A stretch of DNA of 64,000 nt from an uncultured Acidimicrobiales bacterium (GCA_905480195.1 CAJQPN010000044.1:12162-76161), one strand, 5' to 3'; shown: positions 47,795 through 57,787, counted from the stretch's first letter. Numbers and translations: made by a program. The notes: a model not told the origin generated them from the sequence alone.

Positions 47795-49116
47795 GCGACG
47801 GCTCCCTCGAGTTGATTGAGCGGATTCATGCCAGGACAGCCTTTCGCCCGCTCGGGGATCTCCCCGTAGTCGATCGGCGTTGCCACCTGCTTCTTGGTCG
47901 GGCAGAACTGTTCGGCGAGGGGAAGGAGCGCTTGGACATCGAAGTTGTAGACCCTTGCTGCGTTGGTCGTGAGCATCTGCACGGCTTCGTCGACCGAGTA
48001 GTTCGCAAACGTCAGTCGGAGGTGCTCCTTGGTGTGTGGGTGGCTTCCCTCGATGTGGGGATAGTCGCTTCCCCACATGACTTTGTGGGTTCCGACCGAC
48101 TTTGCGATCGCGGTCTCTGCTGGGCGCAGGAACGAGGCTCCGATGTGGCACTGCCGCTCGAAGTACTCGCTCGGGGTGAGCGACATCTGGGCGACGGCCT
48201 GGCCCCCAAAGATCGATTCGGATCCGTACCGGCTGTACTTCATGCGGTGGTAGAAGCTGTCCAGCTTGGCCAGAGTGTCGGGGACCCAGGCGGTACCGGT
48301 CTCGGTGATCACGTAGTCGAGTTCGGGGTGGCGTTCGAACACGCCGGAGAACATCAGGTGCCACAACGCACGTTGGGTCCACCACTGAACTTCCAGCATG
48401 AACATCGCCAGCGATGCCGGGAAGTGGTTGCCGAAGTTCGGCGACGCGCCTCCGGCGTGATGATTGAGTGGCATGCCGTGGGCTGCAGCTGCGGCCCAGA
48501 TCGGTTCGTAGCTCTTCGAGTAGAGCGGTTCGAATGGCGAGTCGGGTGGTGCGCCTGGCACGAGGACACCGCCGGTGAGTCCGTGTTCGGCTGCCCATTC
48601 GATCTCGGCTACTGAGCCTTCCACGTCACCGAGGAAGATCTGAAAGACGCCTGCTCGGCGCTGCGGCGCCTCGCTCACGAAGTCGGCGAGCCATCGATTG
48701 TGAGCGCGAAGGCCCGCCCAGCGGTATTCGAAGTTGTCCTGATACGGCGGCGCTTCGAAACTGCTCGCTGCCGGTGGGGCGAACGGTGGCTGGGTGTTGG
48801 GGAAAAGCACTGTTGCCACGACGCCGTCCTGTTCCTGCTCACGCAGGCGGCGTTCGCTCGACCAGTTGCGGTCGCCGTATTCGTCGGGGTCACCGTCGAC
48901 ACCCACCTCGAGCGGTGACCGCTCCATGTCCTTGAACAGTTCCCTCTGGCGTGCCACGCCTTCCTCGATGCTGGTGGCCCAGCGATCGAAGTCGTCGTGG
49001 TACCTCGATTCGAGGTACTGCTTGTAGCTCCGCACGTCAGCGCCGCAGTGCGCGTCAGCCGAGATGACGATGTGGTGATCGGTGGCAGGAAGGTCGAGAG
49101 GATTGGTGAGGCTCAC
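47791..49116 (-). CDS. amidohydrolase family protein (Amidohydro_2)
   Basis: ISADAHCG, GVFERHPEL, WGSDYPHIEG. Confidence 0.9.
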   Translation of the reverse strand: MSLTNPLDLPATDHHIVISADAHCGADVRSYKQYLESRYHDDFDRWATSIEEGVARQRELFKDMERSPLEVGVDGDPDEYGDRNWSSERRLREQEQDGVVATVLFPNTQPPFAPPAASSFEAPPYQDNFEYRWAGLRAHNRWLADFVSEAPQRRAGVFQIFLGDVEGSVAEIEWAAEHGLTGGVLVPGAPPDSPFEPLYSKSYEPIWAAAAAHGMPLNHHAGGASPNFGNHFPASLAMFMLEVQWWTQRALWHLMFSGVFERHPELDYVITETGTAWVPDTLAKLDSFYHRMKYSRYGSESIFGGQAVAQMSLTPSEYFERQCHIGASFLRPAETAIAKSVGTHKVMWGSDYPHIEGSHPHTKEHLRLTFANYSVDEAVQMLTTNAARVYNFDVQALLPLAEQFCPTKKQVATPIDYGEIPERAKGCPGMNPLNQLEGAVA

Positions 49117-49137
49117 GTCCTCACTGTTCCCTCTTGT

Positions 49138-49410
49138 TCAGGACGCGTGCAAGACGGCCGGGTCGGCCGGCGGCGGGGTGGCGGCCTTCACGAGGGTGAT
49201 TCGGTCGCGATGCCCCTGCTCGATGCACTGATGCAGGCAGTGGATACGGTCGCTTGCTGTCGTCTTGTGAAACATCGGCAAGAACGCATGGACCAGAGCC
49301 GCGAACGCGGCGCCAAACAACTGGCGGCTGACGCTGGCGGCCACCCGCATGTGTTCGGGGTAGCTCTCACCCGCGCTGTTCGGGTGTTCGGTGAACGGGT
49401 TCGTAGCCAT
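49138..49410 (-). CDS. DUF6356-like small protein
   Basis: FTEHP..GESY.EH..LVHAFLP..TAS pattern; divergent from an Lrp regulator. Confidence 0.75.
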   Translation of the reverse strand: MATNPFTEHPNSAGESYPEHMRVAASVSRQLFGAAFAALVHAFLPMFHKTTASDRIHCLHQCIEQGHRDRITLVKAATPPPADPAVLHAS

Positions 49411-49505
49411 GTGTCCACCATAGGAAAATCCCAATGGAAGATCTGGCCGTATTCTATTCTACGTTCCTAGGTTTGTGAAAGAATATTTTACAGCAAAGAC
49501 AAAAA

Positions 49506-49982
49506 ATGGAGCGATCGTTGAAACTTGACGAGATCGATCGGGAAATCGTGCGACTGCTACAGGTCGACGCATCGCTCACTGCTCGCGAGTTGGCCGAGCA
49601 TGTCGGGCTGACGCCGACGCCGTGCTGGCGACGGGTGCAAATCCTCGAACGCGAGGGTGTCATCACCCGTCGGGTCGCCCTCGTCGATCCTCGCTCGATC
49701 GGCCTCGGCGTGACCGTCATGGTGCACATTCGCACCAACGATCACAGCGCAGCATGGCTCGAGCGCTTCGCCGCCGCGCTCGACGAGTTGCCCGAGATCG
49801 TAGAGGCGTACCGGATCTCAGGTGAGATCGACTACACACTGAAAGTCGTGGTGCCGTCGATCGATGCCTTCGACGGTTTCTACAAGCGGCTCATCGCCGA
49901 GGTCGACCTCTACGACGTCCGCAGCGTGTTCGTCATGGAGGAGATGAAGCGCACCACTGCGTTGCCCCTCGATTTCGCCTGA
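49506..49982 (+). CDS. Lrp/AsnC regulator (DecR-like)
   Basis: LDEIDREI..VGLTPTPCWRRV, YRISGEIDY, MEEMKRTTALP. Confidence 0.92.
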   Translation: MERSLKLDEIDREIVRLLQVDASLTARELAEHVGLTPTPCWRRVQILEREGVITRRVALVDPRSIGLGVTVMVHIRTNDHSAAWLERFAAALDELPEIVEAYRISGEIDYTLKVVVPSIDAFDGFYKRLIAEVDLYDVRSVFVMEEMKRTTALPLDFA

Positions 49983-50005
49983 GCTTCGTTGTGTAACTTC
50001 TGGCC

Positions 50006-50971
50006 ATGGCCGCACTGACACCACCGGGGGATTGGACCTATGGGATCCAGCTACCGATCCAAACCCTCACGCGCACCCTCGTCGATCCGTGGGAAGACGA
50101 CGCGACCGTCGCCGACCTCGTCACCATCGCCAGGACGGCCGACACCAACGGGTACGGCTTTGTCGGCGTGTGCGACCACATCGCCATTCCCGACAACGAC
50201 TACGCCGCCAACATGACCACCACCTGGTACGACACGGTGGCGACACTGTCGTATCTCGCCGCTCACACGGAAACGACTCGGCTGCTGTCCGTTGTGCTCA
50301 TCGCGGCGTACCGGCATCCGCTTGCGACGGCGAAGGCCTTCGGCACGCTCGATCACCTGTCGAATGGGCGAGCGATCCTCGGTGTGGGTGCCGGGCACGT
50401 CAAGGCCGAGTTCGACGCGCTCGGTGTCGACTTCGGTACGCGCGGCAAGCGCCTCGACGAGACGATCGACGCGGTTCGGGGGGCCTTTGCCGACACCTAC
50501 GTCGGCCATGACGGCGACTTCTTCTCGTACACCGACATGGGTGTGGCCCCCCGACCGGCCCAGGCCGAGCTGCCGATCTGGGTCGGTGGCGCCGGCACAG
50601 CGGCTTGGCGCCGCACGGGCGCACGGGCCGACGGCTACATCCCGATGGGCCTGCCCAAGGAGCAGTATCCCGAAGCGATCGAGTGCATGCGGGAGGCGGC
50701 GGTCGCGGCCGGCCGGTCCCACGACGTAGCGCTCGACGTCGGCTACATGACGCCGTGGGGGTACCTGCTCGGCGACCCGCCCGACGATGGCTCCATTGGG
50801 ATGCACTGGTTACAGGGGGGAGCCGAGGGTCTCGCCGAAGACATCCGCGCGGCTCGAGCCGTCGGGTGCAACGTGATGCATCTGAAATTCCGTGCCCGCG
50901 ACGCAGCCGAATACGCCGACAGTCTGGTCGCGTTTCGCGAGCAGGTTGTGCCGCTCGTCGACGAAGGTTGA
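50006..50971 (+). CDS. LLM-class F420-dependent oxidoreductase
   Basis: CDHIAIP, YRHPLATAK..TLDHLSNGR, PIWVGG. Confidence 0.88.
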   Translation: MAALTPPGDWTYGIQLPIQTLTRTLVDPWEDDATVADLVTIARTADTNGYGFVGVCDHIAIPDNDYAANMTTTWYDTVATLSYLAAHTETTRLLSVVLIAAYRHPLATAKAFGTLDHLSNGRAILGVGAGHVKAEFDALGVDFGTRGKRLDETIDAVRGAFADTYVGHDGDFFSYTDMGVAPRPAQAELPIWVGGAGTAAWRRTGARADGYIPMGLPKEQYPEAIECMREAAVAAGRSHDVALDVGYMTPWGYLLGDPPDDGSIGMHWLQGGAEGLAEDIRAARAVGCNVMHLKFRARDAAEYADSLVAFREQVVPLVDEG

Positions 50972-50985
50972 CCACCATGGTTGAA

Positions 50986-51019
50986 ATGGGAGGCCTGATC
51001 CCATGGGAGGCCTGATCCC
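50986..51019 (+). repeat. 17-bp tandem duplication ATGGGAGGCCTGATCCC x2 containing an RBS
   Basis: Perfect copies at 50986 and 51003, followed by ATG at 51020. Confidence 0.92.
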
Positions 51020-51868
51020 ATGAGGTTCCATCCGGCGGCCACTGAGCTGTCCCAGCGGTACGAGGTACCCGGCTTTTCGCTTCGATGGGACGTTTGGGGT
51101 GACGCGCCCGGGCCTCCGTTGGTGTTGCTCCACGGCTACACGGGCTCGGTGCACGACTTCGCACTGCACATCGAGGCGCTCGCCTCCACCCGCCGCGTGT
51201 TCGCGATCGAGCACCGGGGACACGGCCGATCGTCGGGCTCCGGTGACCCGTCGACGTACACGATCGATCACCTCGTCGATGACACGGTGGCGTGGGTGCG
51301 CGACGTCGTAGCTGCCGACGGTCAGCCGATCGACCTTCTCGGTCATTCGATGGGCGGACGAATCGCAATGCGGTTTGCCCTGACCCGTCGCGACCTTCTG
51401 CGGTCCCTGATCCTCATGGACACGACGGCGTGGGCATTCGGCGAGGAGCACGCCGAGTGGCGCCAGGTTGCGGTCGCCTTCCTGCGCTCAATCGAGCCGG
51501 GCCAGGTTCCACCTCGCACACCGCGCTCGGCCGAAGACGACCTGATCGAGGCAGCAGTCCCGCAGGGTTGGATCGACGAGAAATGGATGATCCGCGACCA
51601 GATGGATCCGATGGCGCAGCGGGCCCTCGGGATCCAGTTGTTCGAGAATCACCTCGACCGGGTCGATCATCAACTCGGCGACATCCCGTGCCCGACTACG
51701 GTGATCGCTGGCGAGTTCGACGAGCCGTACGTCTCGCACGGCCGCCGTCTTGCCGAGGCGATTCCCGGCGGTCGATTCGTCCGCATCGACGGTGCGTACC
51801 ACTCGCCCCAACTCACTCATGGAGTCGAATGGCTCGCCGCCGTCGAAGCCCACCTGGCCCGGCGTTGA
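51020..51868 (+). CDS. alpha/beta hydrolase
   Basis: LLHGYTG, RGHGRS, GHSMGG, GEFD, AYHSP. Confidence 0.9.
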   Translation: MRFHPAATELSQRYEVPGFSLRWDVWGDAPGPPLVLLHGYTGSVHDFALHIEALASTRRVFAIEHRGHGRSSGSGDPSTYTIDHLVDDTVAWVRDVVAADGQPIDLLGHSMGGRIAMRFALTRRDLLRSLILMDTTAWAFGEEHAEWRQVAVAFLRSIEPGQVPPRTPRSAEDDLIEAAVPQGWIDEKWMIRDQMDPMAQRALGIQLFENHLDRVDHQLGDIPCPTTVIAGEFDEPYVSHGRRLAEAIPGGRFVRIDGAYHSPQLTHGVEWLAAVEAHLARR

Positions 51869-51882
51869 CGAATACCCCTGGC

Positions 51883-52806
51883 ATGGGTCACTCCGGCGGT
51901 ATCCCCGGCTCGACTCCGGGTTCGATCGAGGCTTCGATCAAGGGTTCGATCCCCGTCGTCGACACCATGATCGGTTTCGCAGTTCCCACCGCCGGCGTCG
52001 ATCGCGAGCTTCCCCAGGTGCGGAAGGCGATGCGCGGCACCGAGCACACCGCCGAGTACCTGTATCGGGAAATTCCGCCAGATGTCGACGCGCCGGTTGC
52101 CGCGACGCTCACGGCCATGGACGAGCACGGCATCGACGTCGGACTTGTCAGCACGAGTTCGCCAGTGGCGCTCGACGCAGCAGCCACGCACCCCGATCGG
52201 TTTGTGCTCGAGACTCATGTCGGCACGATGGGTGAGCCCCTCGACATCGTCAGTTCGGTCCGTCGGATCCGCACCGAGCACGACGAGTACGGCACGCGGG
52301 CGGTGTCGCTGTTCCCGGTCGGGCCGATGCCGCCGGTCCCGATCGATTCGGCCGCCGCGTATCCCATCTATGCGACTTGCGTCGAGCTCGGCCTACCGAT
52401 CTTCATCAACGCCGGGGTGCCTGGCCCGCGAGTGCCGATGGCAGCGCAGCATGTCGAGCGGTTCGACCAACTCTGTTACGACTTCCCCGAACTCACGATC
52501 GTCGTGCGCCACGGCGCTGAGCCGTGGACCGACCTGGCCGTGAAGCTGATGCTGAAATGGCCGGGACTGCACATCTCGACGTCGGCATTCGCCCCCCAGC
52601 ACTACCCGTCGGCGATCCTCGACTACCTCAACACCCGCGGAGCCGAGAAGGTCGTGTACGGGGGCTACTTCCCGATGGCGCTGACGCTCGACCGGATCTT
52701 CGTCGAACTCGATGGGCTCGCAACGACCGGGCGTATCAGGCCTGATCGTTGGGAACCGTTCCTCAGCGGGAATGCCCGCCGGATACTTGGGCTGAACGAC
52801 CGCTAG
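51883..52806 (+). CDS. amidohydrolase family protein
   Basis: YPIYATCVEL, GVPGPRVP, RHGAEPW..KLMLKWP. Confidence 0.85.
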   Translation: MGHSGGIPGSTPGSIEASIKGSIPVVDTMIGFAVPTAGVDRELPQVRKAMRGTEHTAEYLYREIPPDVDAPVAATLTAMDEHGIDVGLVSTSSPVALDAAATHPDRFVLETHVGTMGEPLDIVSSVRRIRTEHDEYGTRAVSLFPVGPMPPVPIDSAAAYPIYATCVELGLPIFINAGVPGPRVPMAAQHVERFDQLCYDFPELTIVVRHGAEPWTDLAVKLMLKWPGLHISTSAFAPQHYPSAILDYLNTRGAEKVVYGGYFPMALTLDRIFVELDGLATTGRIRPDRWEPFLSGNARRILGLNDR

Positions 52807-52842
52807 CGACCCCGGCGCGAGCCGCGTACCGTCTCGTCTTGT

Positions 52843-53955
52843 ATGACCAGCACCCCTCCCCATCGCATCATCGATCCGCACGTCCATCTCTGGGATCCGC
52901 GGACCACACCTCGGCAGGTGTCGCCGCTGGTCAAGTTGTTCGGACGGTGGCCGTCGCTCGTCGAACGCCTCGCTCGGATGGCCACACCGCAGCCACTCGT
53001 CGACTTCGTCGGGGCAACCGACTACGTCCTCGCCGCCCACCTGCCCGCCGATTTCCGGGCCGACGTCGGGCATCACGACGTGCAGGGCATCGTGCACGTT
53101 GAAGCCGACTGGTCGGCGCGCGGGATCCTTGGACCAGTCGGCGAGACCAAGTGGCTCGACCGCCTCGGCGACCCGCCACTCGCCATCGTCGCCCACGCTG
53201 TGATCGACGATGCCAAAAAGCTTGAGGTGCAGCTCGACGCCCACTCGGTCGCCAGCGGCCGACTCCGTGGCATCCGCGACTCGATGGCTGCCCATCCCGA
53301 CGAACGCGTTCATTCGTGGACCGATGCATCACGACTCGGATCCGACGAGACCCGCGCCGGCGTCGCAGCACTCGGTGAGCGGCAGCTGACCTTTGAGGCG
53401 TGGTGCTACTCGAACCAACTCGACGAATTGGCCGACCTCGCAGCGGACGTGCCGATGACGACGATCATGCTCGATCACCTCGGCACGCCCGTAGGGATCG
53501 GCGGCCCGTACGGCGGGGTCGGCGAGACCAGCGCAGCGCGAGATGAGATCCGAGAGGCTTGGTACGCCGCGCTCGAACGGGTCGCCGCTAACCCGAACGT
53601 GCACTGCAAACTCAGCGGACTCCTGATGCCGATCTGCGGATTCGGCTATCACGAGCGGCGGGCTGCGGGCGACGCACCAAGTCATGCCGAGGTGGTCGAC
53701 GCCTTGGCGCCGCATTTCCTGCACGCGATCTCGACGTTCGGGCCCGAGCGCTGCATGTTCGCCAGCAATTTCCCGATGGACAAGGTCTCGATCTCATACG
53801 AGCAGTTGTTCGACGTGTTCTTCGAGATTGCCGCGAGCGCCGGCCTGACACCCGAGCAGGAAGCGGCACTTTTCGCCGACAATGCGGCAGCGTTCTACCG
53901 GCTCGTCGACACCGACACCCGACCCGACGATGGGGCGGGTTCGGTGCCCCGCTGA
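52843..53955 (+). CDS. amidohydrolase family protein (lactonase-like)
   Basis: IDPHVHLWD, VHVEA, LDHLG, KLSG, FASNFPMD. Confidence 0.88.
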   Translation: MTSTPPHRIIDPHVHLWDPRTTPRQVSPLVKLFGRWPSLVERLARMATPQPLVDFVGATDYVLAAHLPADFRADVGHHDVQGIVHVEADWSARGILGPVGETKWLDRLGDPPLAIVAHAVIDDAKKLEVQLDAHSVASGRLRGIRDSMAAHPDERVHSWTDASRLGSDETRAGVAALGERQLTFEAWCYSNQLDELADLAADVPMTTIMLDHLGTPVGIGGPYGGVGETSAARDEIREAWYAALERVAANPNVHCKLSGLLMPICGFGYHERRAAGDAPSHAEVVDALAPHFLHAISTFGPERCMFASNFPMDKVSISYEQLFDVFFEIAASAGLTPEQEAALFADNAAAFYRLVDTDTRPDDGAGSVPR

Positions 53956-53961
53956 GCGAAC

Positions 53962-54987
53962 TCAGCCTGCTTTGATCTCGTCCATCACGCCTCGGTAGGC
54001 GTTGATGTCGCCCTGGCCAGGGGCGTAGAACGAGATGCGGTCGACGATGTCGCCGTAGCGTTGGATGAGGCCCGACGCGATCTCGTGAGGCTCGCCGACG
54101 ACGGCGAATGCGTTGAGGATCTCGTCGTCGATCAGGTCGCCCATGCCCACCCAGTCACCCTGCTTCGACAAGGTGTTGAGGCGAGGCTGAAGATCGGTCC
54201 AGCCGTGATGTTCGAACACCACGGCGTAGGCGGGTGTCGAGCCGTAGAACGCAATCTGCTGCTTCGTCGCCGCCATAGCTGCTTCAAATTCCTGCTCTGT
54301 CTGCCCTGACACGACGAAGAACGGTCCGGAGATCATGAAGTCATCCATCGACTTGCCGGCCCGGTCACGCCCCTCGGTCAGATTCGGAACGGTGACGTCT
54401 CGCAGGTACTGCTCGGTGGTGAACCCGTGAGCGATGAAGCCGTCGCAGACCTCGCCCGCCGTGCGGGTCATCAGTTCACCGACACCGGCCAGCCAGATGT
54501 TGGGAACGCCGTGGTCGGCGAGGTCAGACTTGTCGGGGGTGAAGAACGGCGTCATCAAGGTGTGGGTGTAGAACTCGCCCTTGAAGCGCAGCGGCTCGTC
54601 GGTGAGCCAGGTGTCCCAGATGGCGCGGATGGCCGAGATCATCTCCTTGGCTCGAGCTGCCGGCTTGCTCCACTCCATCGAGAAGCGCTTCGTGATGTGC
54701 GGCTTGATCTGGGTACCGAGGCCGAGGTTGAAGCGGCCGTTGCTCATCGCCTGGAGATCCCAGCCGAGGTTGGCGAGCAGCATCGGGTTTCGCGCGAAGG
54801 CCACGGCGATCGACGTGCCGAGCTCAAGCGTCTCGGTGTGCTCGGCCGCGAGCACGAGCGGCAGGAATGGGTCGTGGCTTGTCTCGGCCGTCCAAATGCC
54901 GTCATACCCGGCGGCTTCTTGCGCCTTGGCGTTGGCGACGATCTTTTCGATGTTCGAGCCGAGCCCGAGTCCCCCGTCTACTTTCAT
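53962..54987 (-). CDS. F420-dependent LLM-class oxidoreductase
   Basis: AETSHDPF, AFARNPM, GLGTQIKPH, QIAFYGSTPAY. Confidence 0.9.
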   Translation of the reverse strand: MKVDGGLGLGSNIEKIVANAKAQEAAGYDGIWTAETSHDPFLPLVLAAEHTETLELGTSIAVAFARNPMLLANLGWDLQAMSNGRFNLGLGTQIKPHITKRFSMEWSKPAARAKEMISAIRAIWDTWLTDEPLRFKGEFYTHTLMTPFFTPDKSDLADHGVPNIWLAGVGELMTRTAGEVCDGFIAHGFTTEQYLRDVTVPNLTEGRDRAGKSMDDFMISGPFFVVSGQTEQEFEAAMAATKQQIAFYGSTPAYAVVFEHHGWTDLQPRLNTLSKQGDWVGMGDLIDDEILNAFAVVGEPHEIASGLIQRYGDIVDRISFYAPGQGDINAYRGVMDEIKAG

Positions 54988-56420
54988 GCGTCGCTGTTTA
55001 GCACCGGCGACCTGATGAAGCAGAACACCGGTGTCGGGTCATCCGGCACGGTGGCGCTGGCGCCGACCGGACGAGCGGTTGCCACTGACAGCGCGACGGC
55101 CACGCCTGCGGCAGCGAGGGTTATGCCGATTCCGGCAGGGACGAGCGGCGTGCCGTGCGCGCCGGGGCTGGGAGGCTCGGGCACCGGCGACTCGTCGATC
55201 AGTAGGTGGAGGACCATTCCGGTTACGCCCAACGCCACACCGATCCACCAGATCGCGAGGTACGAGTTGGTCGCATCGAGGAGCTCGCCGCCGAGGAAGG
55301 CACCGCTGAACGATCCGATCTGATGTGACAGGAACACGATGCCGAACAGCGCGCCGGCATGGGTCGGGCCGAACTGTTGGGTGACGATTGCGGACGTCAT
55401 CGGCACGGTCCCCAGCCACAGCAAACCCATCGCCATGCCGAAGGCGATGGTCGACGCGTCGCTCAGCGGCACGACGAGATACGCAGCGATGACCACAGCC
55501 CGGAGGCCGTAGATCCAGGCGAGCACGGTCGTGAATCGCAGCCGTTGACCCAAGACGCCCACGAGCAGCGAGCCGGCGACGTTGAACAAGCCGATGAGTG
55601 CCAGTCCGGTCGATGCAGTGGAACTACTGATCCCCCCGTCCTCGGCGTAGCCAGGCAGGAAGATCCCGATGGACGTGACGTGGAACCCGCACACGAAGAA
55701 GGCGCCATTGAGCATCAGGTACGAGCGACTGTGACTCGCCCGCCGGAGTTCGTCGCGCAGCGTGCGGACCGGTTCGTCACCTGGGCGGTCGAGGCCGGAT
55801 GTGGCGCCATCGGCGCTGCTTACGGCGACGCTGGCGGTAAACGGGGCGACGAGCACGATCAGGCCGGCGACCACAGCGAGCAGGACGAGCGTGTCGGACC
55901 AGCCGGTGCGGTCGAGATGCCACTGGGCGGCGGGCACGAGCACGAACTGCCCGAGTGAACCGACCGCCGAGACGATGCCGAGGTTGAGGCTGCGCTTCTC
56001 TGGGGGCGAGATCTTGCCGACGGTCGATAGGACCACCGCGAAGCTGGCGGCTCCGATCGCGACGCCGGTGACGAAGCCGCCGGACAGCAACACCATGGTC
56101 GGCGAGCTGGCCTGCGACAGCAGTAGCAACGACAGCATGTACAGCAGGCCACCGGCAGCGAGGGTGGGAGCTGCACCGAATCGGTCGGACGCAGCACCTG
56201 CGATCGGTTGCGAGAGCCCCCAGAGCAGGTTCTGGACTGCGATGGCGATCGCGATCGAGCCGGTCTGAGTGCCGAGGCCGTCTGCGATGGGTTCGAGCAG
56301 GATCCCAAACGTCGACCGCACGCCCAGACTGATCGACGTGATGGTACCGCCGGCGACGAGGACAACCCAGAGGGGGAAGCGGCTGCGATGCGCTGCGCCG
56401 GGGGCCGCGGAGCCGTTCAC
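54984..56420 (-). CDS. MFS transporter
   Basis: GAASDRFG, FFVCGFH, SHQIGSF; GTG start overlaps the upstream stop. Confidence 0.88.
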   Translation of the reverse strand: MNGSAAPGAAHRSRFPLWVVLVAGGTITSISLGVRSTFGILLEPIADGLGTQTGSIAIAIAVQNLLWGLSQPIAGAASDRFGAAPTLAAGGLLYMLSLLLLSQASSPTMVLLSGGFVTGVAIGAASFAVVLSTVGKISPPEKRSLNLGIVSAVGSLGQFVLVPAAQWHLDRTGWSDTLVLLAVVAGLIVLVAPFTASVAVSSADGATSGLDRPGDEPVRTLRDELRRASHSRSYLMLNGAFFVCGFHVTSIGIFLPGYAEDGGISSSTASTGLALIGLFNVAGSLLVGVLGQRLRFTTVLAWIYGLRAVVIAAYLVVPLSDASTIAFGMAMGLLWLGTVPMTSAIVTQQFGPTHAGALFGIVFLSHQIGSFSGAFLGGELLDATNSYLAIWWIGVALGVTGMVLHLLIDESPVPEPPSPGAHGTPLVPAGIGITLAAAGVAVALSVATARPVGASATVPDDPTPVFCFIRSPVLNSDA

Positions 56421-57733
56421 GGTCGGCGCAGTCGGGGGCGTCGTGTCGATGTTGCGAGTGTGATCGGGTCGACTCGATCGGGACGGGGAGCTGCTTCCTC
56501 GGATGACTCGTCGAGTGATTCTGCGAGCGCCTTGCGGTGACCACCTCGAAGCCAGAAGTCGACGCCGAGCCACATCGCGATGGCGGTGAAGATCAGCATG
56601 CCGATCGCTCCGGTCGTGTAAGCCGCGGCGCGCCCGTGTTCCTGGTAGATGGTGGCGATGACGACGGCGGTGATACCGCCGGCCAACGCCTGGGTGGCGC
56701 CGATCAGGCCCTGCGCGCCTGATTGGCGCTCCTCCGGTACCGCCATTGCGACGGCCACGCCGGAAGCCGAGACGGTGAGGCCATCGGTGAGCGCGTGCCC
56801 CATCGTGAACGCGAAGATCCACTCACCTGAGGGCAGTTGACCATATGCCGACATGAAGAACGCACCGGCGATCAGTCCGAGGCCTCCGACTTTGAACGGT
56901 CCGACCCGCTGGCTCAGGCGGCCGCTGAACGGACCGAAGACGACGAGGGGAATGGCGAAAAGCGTGATGCCGAGGTTCGACATCCAGTCGGCGGTGCCGA
57001 GGTCGTCGTGGACGACATCCCACAAGGCGTCGAACGCGCCGATCATCAAGAACACACCACCGCCCATCACGACGGCGCCGGCCACGATCCGCGACTTCAG
57101 CAGGTCGAAGGCGAGTCGTTGACCGCTGGTATCGACCCGCTCTTCGACGTGGAACGACTCGGCGATGGCGAGCATCACAAGGGTGGCTGCTGCGACGATG
57201 ACGTACGGTGCTGCGAGCCCGAACGGGCCGACGAGCAGAGCCGACAGGGCTGGACCCATTGCGAAACCGAAGACGTCGGCGCTGAGGAGTCGCCCGAGGT
57301 TCTCGCCAAGGTTCTCCGGGTCGGCCAGGATGACGATGCGGCGGATCGCCGGGATTGCCGTGCCGATGCCGAGACCAGAGATGACCCGTCCGGCGAGCAG
57401 CACCTCGAGGCTCTCTCCGAAGCCGAGCATGAGGATGCCGATGATGTTGAGCAACACGCCAACCCGGATCAGGTTGCGGGCATGGCCCCGGTCACCGATT
57501 GGGGCGATCAGGGTCTGGGCAAAGAAGGCCACGATGAACCCGAGTCCGATCAGCCAGCCGATGGCAGTCTCGCTGATGCCGTAGGCGTCGCGATAGTCGG
57601 CGACGACCGTGAAGAGCACCCCGTAGCCGGAGGCGAGTAGGGCCGAGAGCCCTCCGAAGATCCAGGAGGGCGGGATTGGCCGACGATTCCCGGGTTTCTG
57701 CCGGGGCGCGGACGGGTTCACGGCGGCAGACAT
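56417..57733 (-). CDS. MFS transporter
   Basis: IGDRGH motif A-like, GRVISGLG, about 12 hydrophobic segments. Confidence 0.85.
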   Translation of the reverse strand: MSAAVNPSAPRQKPGNRRPIPPSWIFGGLSALLASGYGVLFTVVADYRDAYGISETAIGWLIGLGFIVAFFAQTLIAPIGDRGHARNLIRVGVLLNIIGILMLGFGESLEVLLAGRVISGLGIGTAIPAIRRIVILADPENLGENLGRLLSADVFGFAMGPALSALLVGPFGLAAPYVIVAAATLVMLAIAESFHVEERVDTSGQRLAFDLLKSRIVAGAVVMGGGVFLMIGAFDALWDVVHDDLGTADWMSNLGITLFAIPLVVFGPFSGRLSQRVGPFKVGGLGLIAGAFFMSAYGQLPSGEWIFAFTMGHALTDGLTVSASGVAVAMAVPEERQSGAQGLIGATQALAGGITAVVIATIYQEHGRAAAYTTGAIGMLIFTAIAMWLGVDFWLRGGHRKALAESLDESSEEAAPRPDRVDPITLATSTRRPRLRRP

Positions 57734-57787
57734 CCCGGGACTCTAGGCGTCGGTGACGCAGCGACGATATTTGGCAGGCGCAGTGCC

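Noticed and set aside
51905-51952. Degenerate 12-bp repeats (GGTTCGATC-like) resembling tRNA T-loops or att sites
   Set aside because: They are in-frame repeats in an amidohydrolase N-terminus (PGS/IEAS/IKGS); no cloverleaf or integrase is visible.
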